This document shows, piece by piece, positions 56,493 through 64,000 of a stretch of DNA of 64,000 nucleotides. A program made the translations under genes and the position numbers. The number at the start of each line of letters is the position of its first letter. Within the stretch, counting starts at the first letter, position 1. The DNA lies in assembly GCF_009914755.1 (NCBI RefSeq), contig NC_060925.1; one strand, written 5' to 3'. The notes under the pieces were generated by a model. It was not told the origin of the DNA. It worked only from the letters and a program-made list of their open reading frames with translations, and made no database searches. Source of the stretch: the human T2T-CHM13v2.0 reference genome, Homo sapiens.

Positions 56493-57300
56493 TTAGGTTT
56501 GTATTTTATTGTATGTAAATCATGATTCAAAAGCTGGGTTAATTTGTTGCTTTATGGTAAACGAAATCTCATGAACAAACCGGCTAACTGCCATTCCCCT
56601 CTCCTCTACCTTTTATCTTTTTCATCCGAGTTAAGAAATCTACCATCTTGGCAGTTCTGGCATATCGGGGAATGCCAACTTGAGTTCAACTTCAGAAGAC
56701 ACAATAGGCTTCCTGGAGGGAATATAGAGGACCTCAGGATACACACTTGGTCACTGGATTGAGATTCTTGAATGTTAGAAGAAAGATCCAGGTAATTGCT
56801 GTCTTGGATGACTAAGAAACTCGATCTATTGTGTGTTTACCTTCATGGACAAGAAAAAGGAATTCTGTCAAAATTAACTGACAAGTGACAAAAAGAGCAG
56901 TTTTGGAATGTGATGCTGTGTATCCCCAGGGAAACACATCATGTGTTCATAAAGAAAAAGCACTACAAGAAAACTTCAGCAGACAAAGCTAAATGACAGC
57001 CAAGATTCTCTGAGCCATTCAGTTTTCTTTGCCTGGTGAAAATGATCCTTAGGGTCCAAGCCATTTACAGGGTATTTGGGGTCAAACACTATTTCCCTAT
57101 TGTTTTCTCTTGTTATCTCTTTAAGGTCTTGAAGAAGGCACGATAATATCATACTTCTATTCTTCACCAGCATTATAAGCCAATAGAGAAATGGGATAAA
57201 TATCAGGTGAATTTTTATTGAGTAAATGGCGTTGGTGAATGCAGCTTAGATCTGCAGGCAAGTAGGCTTCCTAATACTTAGCTGCGATCCACTTAGAGGA

Positions 57301-57907
57301 TTTTGGGGCTCAGAAACCAATACTCCAAAATACGGCATTTTGACAAACTGAACTAAAGCAGCCTCAAGGTCCCTCAGACCTCCCCCAGCCTCCACAGTTT
57401 CTCCCAAAACATGGGAAAAAGCTGCTCTCTGAAGTTCCTTTATCTGCCTAAAGTCCAGAACCACCAAGGAGAACAATTGGTTTTTCTTCTCTTTCCTGTT
57501 ATCTCATTATCTACTGCAGGAAAGCAGACCCACATGTGACCACACCTGAACAGATCCTTTATAAGACAATGTCTGTCTCTCCAACTCAAATTCCAAAAAG
57601 AACTATTTACCAGTTAATCTCTGTTCCCCCTCCCTTCATTCTCCCTAGTAATCACATATTGCCCTTCAACAGGTTTCCTCTCCTCCCCCTTTCCCATCCT
57701 TATTTTGTCAGGATCCAAGCCCCCATTCTTTTGTCACCTCAAGATGCTATATAAGCTTCTGTACCCACTGTGGGGCTGTATCTTCATTCTGAAGCTTCCC
57801 GTGTATATATATTAGATAGATGTGTATACCTTTTATCCTCTTAATCAGCCTTTTGTGAGTTGATTTTTCAGTGAACCTTCAGGAGGCCCAGGGCCTGGTC
57901 CCCTGCA
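57301..57907 (+). mobile_element. MER39-like ERV1 LTR
   Basis: ggggctcagaaaccaatactccaaaatacggc...gcctcaaggtc...gatttttcagtgaaccttcag. Confidence 0.75.
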
Positions 57908-58429
57908 AGGCAGTGCTGGGTCACTCTGCCCTCCACCACCAGGCAAGGCTTCTGTGTGTAAACTTCTGCAGGGCTGACAGTAATCAACAATACGTTCTCT
58001 CTGCAGTCAGGTTCCCTTTCAAAAAGGAAAGAATAAGAGGATTAAAATAATGCCTTACTTTTCTTCCAAACTCCCAATCAAGGAAGACTCTCACTTTCCC
58101 TGGGTGAGGCTGGGAGTGTTTTGCTGACGGAGCTCCATCTACGTGGGAGTAGGGATGACACATCCCTCCCATTAACATTCTCTGCGATCAGGCTTGACAG
58201 TCCTTGACTCTCCACACCCGGGCTTGTTCAGCCTCTGGAAGCAAGGATGACTCATGTGTTGCTCTAGTCATCCCTAGTACTGTCTTCCTGTTGCAAATCC
58301 TTTCCATTAAATAACCCTGATTTGATCACCTATCTTCTCGGCACTATGTGTATACCACAGAGACTTTTTTTTTCTCATGTGCCAGGTGGTATCTTCTGCC
58401 TCTTAGTAGACCTTAGTGGAACCAGGGAG

Positions 58430-58620
58430 GCAGTATCCTGGCACAGTTGAGGCTCTGGAGTCAGACCAGGTTTGGATCTCATTTCCAGCACTGCTTATCA
58501 ACATCAGCTGGGACAAGCGCCTTAACACCCCCTGTGCTTAACTTTCCTCATTTGTACAAATGGGATAATCATAGTCCTTACTTCACAGGTTTGTTCTGGC
58601 ATATAACAAGTGCTCCATAA
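58430..58620 (+). mobile_element. MIR
   Basis: ggctctggagtcagacc...tttcctcatttgtacaaatgggataat. Confidence 0.7.
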
Positions 58621-59385
58621 ATGTGGTCCTCCCCCAAAAAACTCTAGTCCCATGCAAGGAACACACTATTTGGCATATTGGTTAGACCCTTCTTTCATCT
58701 TTTGCAGTGTTCGAGTTTCTATCTTCCCAGTCCCTAACTCCTTGATGCCTTTGGCTTTCCCTAATTTATGCCCTTATGCAAACTGTGACTTCGAGCACCT
58801 TGGGCTCTTGGCATCACCTAGCAGCTCCCAGCCTCCTCCTGATACCTTGTGACTCTGATTTTGGACCACAGCCTTGGACCTGGCTGCTGATTTTTTATTT
58901 TTAGTATCGACTTCGTGTGCCCTCAGGTTTCACTTTTGTTCTAGGCTGCTCAGCAAGGTACTTGTCTCTTTGTTCTAAGGAAGAGGTACTTCTGTCTGAC
59001 TTTTGTTGAAAACTCCTTCCCTCTGCTCCTGATTCACATCCTCCAAGTTTTCCTGGTTCCTTCTCCCTGTGCCGCTGCTTGGAGTCTTCGGTTCCTCCCT
59101 GTGTCATCTTCTCTTCTCAGCCATTAAGTTGACCACTCCTCCCTTAGATGAAAAATAATAACACATCTTCCCTGCCTCTCCCTTACCATTCATCCCCTTC
59201 ATCGGCAACACACTGAAAATACTTGTCCGAACCTGTGTCTCTCTGGCTGCCTATCCTCTCACACTCAGCTCACACTTGCCCACCTCTAGTTAGGGCTCCG
59301 CTAAAAAATATCCTGTGTGACCTTGTGCCATACCCTTGTCTTTGGATATCAGATACTCTGACAGATGATGCTTCCCATCTTCTGA

Positions 59386-59721
<336 letters not shown>

Positions 59722-60679
59722 TAATGCCCCTTTCAGTTGTGTCTAAGACAGATGAACATGGTAAGGTTGGTTTTTGCTGTTAATCTCATTGCTTCATTTA
59801 TAGTAATTCTCACTTAGATTAAAATTTTAAAGTAAAAAAAAATTCTAAAGGAAATTGTTCATAAGAAAAGGAATAAAAATGAGCATCATTTCTTGTAATG
59901 GAATGTAATACTATCGTATCTTGCTGTAATACTATGGGGTGCCTAATGCTTTGATATTTAGTATATTTCTGTGCCTGGAAGGCTGAAATTTGTATTCACT
60001 TTGTGATTTTAGTCAAATAAGAAAATGACATTTATTGATCTATTGGCCTGTTATAGCTGAATTTAAGGCAATAAAAAGAAAATGACAATAGTATATATTG
60101 TCTATAGAACAAATAAGAGAAAATGGGCTATCTTATTCTTACTTGAGTCTCAAATTATTTTATATTTTTCTAATTCTGCTCATGTGTATGTAAATATAGC
60201 TGACGATCACCAGGAAATAAGCTGGTTCTTAGTGAAAGTAACACATCAGATTTATGTTTGAGAATTATAGGCTAGAAAAATACATAATTCCTATGTTATG
60301 TAGAACAGTGAGGATTTTGCTTCTACAAGAACAAGTCTAATAGTATTTCTATTCTCTTCTTCCCTATCCCATTCCACTGGCTAAACTAGCTGTTTTCTAG
60401 TCAGTACCCCCAGGATGCTCTTCGGATTCTCTCGCTTCTGTCCTGGGGCAAAAGAGCCTTTACCTTTGGAACTTGAATAGGGAACATCTTGCTAACTCTT
60501 ACATACACCATCCCTGTAAAAGTGGGCAGAAATCGCAGATGTCTAAAAGGGCAAAAGCTTTATAAGTGAGGAGGAATTCCAGAAACCTAAAACCGGAAGT
60601 AGGCAGTGTCGATATTTCTTGTATATAGTCTCTTTCAGAGCCAGTCCAGTGTAGAAATCTTCTCTCTAAAAGATGTCAG

Positions 60680-60918
60680 GCGGGTGGATCACGAGGTCGG
60701 GAGTTTAAGACTGGCGTGGCCAAGATCGTGAAACCCTGTCTCTATAAAAAAATACAAAAATCAGCCACGTATGATGGCGGGCGCCTGTAATCCAAGCTAC
60801 TTGGGAGGCTGAGGCAGAGAATTGCTTAACCCGAGAAGGGGAGTTTGCAGTGAGCCAAGATCACGCCACTGCACTCCAGCCTGGGTGACAGAGCAAGACT
60901 CCATCTCAAAAAAAAAAA
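60680..60918 (+). mobile_element. 5'-truncated AluS
   Basis: Starts at gcgggtggatcacgagg; TSD aaaagatgtcagg. Confidence 0.93.
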
Positions 60919-61132
60919 GATGTCAGGAGTAGGCATATGTGAGAACAGATTAAAGATAATGAAAATGTTTTACATTTGCATATTACTTTGTAATTTTATA
61001 TATCATGTTGACTGCATTTAGTTATTTGACCAGTATGGGCCGTCACTCACCCCAGTTGAAGTTTTTGTTATATTTTGTGTATGGTTGTTTAAGGTGTTTT
61101 TTTTTTTTTAAATCAAAACAATATGATAGCAC

Positions 61133-61640
61133 TTGAAAGCAGAATATGCCACTTTGGCATAAGGATTATTTTGAGCTGAAGGCAATTGAGAAGTAGATAC
61201 AAGAAAAACTCTCTGCTCTGCTCTTATTTACCTAAAAAAGCAGGACCTAAATTTGTAAAGGCATCCTCCTTTCCCCTCTACCAAGAAGGACAAAGGTTTC
61301 TCAATGGAGATGACTTAGGTTCTTAGCCTGAAAATCAGTACCAGAGGAATTTACATAACAAACTTTACTAACCAGCCTTTATCCACCATATTTGCCTTCC
61401 CACAATTTGCTGCCTCTAAAGTTTCAAGATCCCTTTCTTTTGTCCTCTAATTTCTTCAAAAATTTATTGTTCTTTGTGAAGATGTTATATAAGCCAGAGT
61501 TCTAAGCCACCTGTTTGAGAACCACTGATTCTCTCTCTCCCATGTATATATGAGATATACATATTAATAACTTGTTTGTTTTTTTCTTGTTGATCTGTCT
61601 TATTACAGCAATTTCGCTGAAGATCTCAAAAGGTGATGAT
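61133..61640 (+). mobile_element. MER34-like ERV1 LTR
   Basis: cagaatatgccactttggcataaggattattttgagctgaaggcaattgagaag. Confidence 0.8.
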
Positions 61641-63049
61641 GATTCATTAACAAGATGGCTTGAATTGTTTCATCCATCAGCCCTTCTCACTTCTTAGTTT
61701 TGGTTCAATCTGCTTCTTCTGTCTAGAACGACTCTTTCAGCTTTATCCATCCTTCAAATTTCAATGCAAGCACCAATCTCTTCAAGAACCATTCCAGACA
61801 CCTTCTCCCTGCACTGTTGTGAGTAATCTCATCTTCCCCTGGAATGATGCTTGATATCCTAGTGGATATGAACTGTGTCTCAGCCATCTCTACTGCTTTC
61901 ATTATGGCATAGTCTTCTGAACATGATACAAACTCATCCCATGTTTTTGAAATGGATATATTTAAGACAAAAATGTTAATAGCACCTCCAGGATGCTGGT
62001 TTCCAGGATGAATAACTGCCAATGCAAAAATTAGCAAAGTCAAGTATAAATTGCCTACAAGAAAAAAACTGAGAAATAAAGGTTATAGCATGCAGAATAA
62101 ACTGGAATGCAAATAATCAAAGATCAAATAAAATGCATTCAAGAAAGTGCATTGTTTATTTAATGTGTTTAATGTTATATTATTTTAGAGACTGCATTTT
62201 CTGTATCAGCAGCCACCCAAATGACTTCCACCTCCTCCACTTAGCTTAGTCTTTACGAAGATGACAATGACAGAATTTTCATTTCCAGCCTACCCACTTT
62301 CTGTATCCACACAGAATTAAGTGCATAGTGAAATAGTCACCTCCTACACTCACAGTCCTTTTTCCCAGGTGGCTGTGGAACCAGCAAAACAAGAACTTTC
62401 TTTAAAGAAATCACAGTGTGGTGGTGATTACAGTTATATTATAGCTTTTTGCCTGTGTGGATAGCATTCAAATAATGAATTAACTGTTGATCCATTACTT
62501 GAGAATTTTTCTATTAATCCACTTCCTGACAAATCTAAACAGGGGAAAATGTCTTTGCAAATTGCTGTTGAAAGTCCTTATTCTAGCTTCTGTGGATAGA
62601 CTCACTTTCTAACTCTGCTAGTTCCTCTCAGGTTCATGACATTTGCTTCTATTCCATCATCCTTGAAAGAAATCAAACCCTGTATCTACCCAACCAAAAG
62701 AAGCACAGCACAGTTTTCTTGCTGTAGTTTACGACACTGTTTTATTGATTCATTTGTTTCTTACCAAGCATTGGCCAAGTAGGGAGGCAGGGAAAACGTA
62801 GAAGTCCAACCATGTAGCAAAGCCCTGCTCTGTGGCCAGCTGAGACTTTTAGTTGCAAATTATTGAGCATATCATGAGGCCTTAAGCCAGCTCCTATGTT
62901 GAAGTTGTTGGCCATCATCACTGGCTACTATTTTGCCTTTGTTATTAGTATCCCTTACTTGCCTGATAATGAATCAGACATTCAGATTGGACGTTTATTG
63001 GTTGCTCTCACATCTGTGTGAACATGTCAGTCATCATAGTATTTCTGCA

Positions 63050-63150
63050 GGGTGGGCATTACTCACCCCTGGGCTCAGAGAAATGAAGTGATTATTCAAA
63101 GTCTATTAATGAAAGGAATAGAATTGCAACCTAGGTTTGTCTGACTTCAG
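63050..63150 (-). mobile_element. MIR fragment
   Basis: ggctcagagaaatgaagtga...gaattgcaacctaggtttgtctgacttcag. Confidence 0.6.
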
Positions 63151-64000
63151 ATGAAACAACTGTATGATCTTGAGCTCAGATCCTTCAAAGTGGAGAAATA
63201 TGAGCCCACATCTCCTCTGACACTCAGACTTTTCATTGCATTCCATTGTGTCTCTTGGCTATTTTTCACTTTTTTCCCTGACTCTGTGAACTTTTCATTT
63301 GCATTCTCTTATGTTGTGAGTGCAAATCCCAAATTAATCTTGGGAGAAAGGGCAGGTAGAATGGGAGGATGAAAAGGAGGATTAGGAGTGGTCCCACCAA
63401 CATCCTCCCTTGTACAAGTAAACAAAATGTTTTGCAGATTTCTCCTGCCTAGCTACAGCTTTTTCTTTTTCTATCCATGCTCATGACTGATTCTCCACAC
63501 AAGCTCCCCAATAATTCATATATTAAGCCATGGGGCAGACACCAAAGTGCTGTAAAATTGATGGGATTTTTGTAGAGTTCCGTTGCCACAGGGTATAATT
63601 ACCATGAAGACCTTTATGTGATTCACAGCTGTCTTTAGTAGAAAAAAATCTATTGATTGTATTGTTTCCCCATTCATCCTTGCTCTGGTGTTGGTAAATT
63701 GAATTCAAGCACAGTCTGTTATCAAAATGTGAAAAATCTACGCAGACATGCAGATTTAGCATTAATCATGCTAAGAACTAGACAATTTTCCTGGATACAT
63801 AAGGGTTTAATAAGAGTGAAACCTAAAAGATGTCTAAGTTCCTCTAAATTTTATGTAGAGTTCACATGTGTGATATTTTATTCTTAGTTAACAGATGCAG
63901 AAAGACAAGGTGAAGAAAGGAACTTAATTTAAATGACTGTTTCTCTAGCAAAGGCCATTTCCTCTAGTCAAAATGAAACCTCTTTAAAATTGAATTGGGA

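Overview
Primate (very probably human) non-coding DNA; roughly half or more is interspersed repeat. It holds about 20 Alus, several L1 fragments, MIR/L2/L3 remnants, DNA transposons (Tigger3a, MER2, MER20, two hAT-like copies) and an unusually varied set of ERV LTRs (LTR8A, LTR9, LTR22/HML-5, MER52, MER21, MER4, MER39, MER34, MLT/MST). I see no intact protein-coding gene, tRNA/rRNA or CRISPR array, and the supplied ORFs are nearly all repeat-derived. The only gene-derived sequence I can support is a decayed, intron-less KRAB zinc-finger retrocopy on the minus strand (~21635-22580) that stops just before the zinc-finger array. Other points of interest are an internally deleted LTR8A provirus with a matching 4-bp TSD, a three-monomer Alu inside one TSD, a strong CTCF motif in an ERVL LTR, a GC-rich MER52 LTR with uneven CpG retention, short perfect hairpins and a 14-bp minisatellite. 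I found no convincing new biological system. Repeat subfamily names come from recalled consensus sequences and need RepeatMasker/Dfam confirmation; boundaries without TSD support are approximate.
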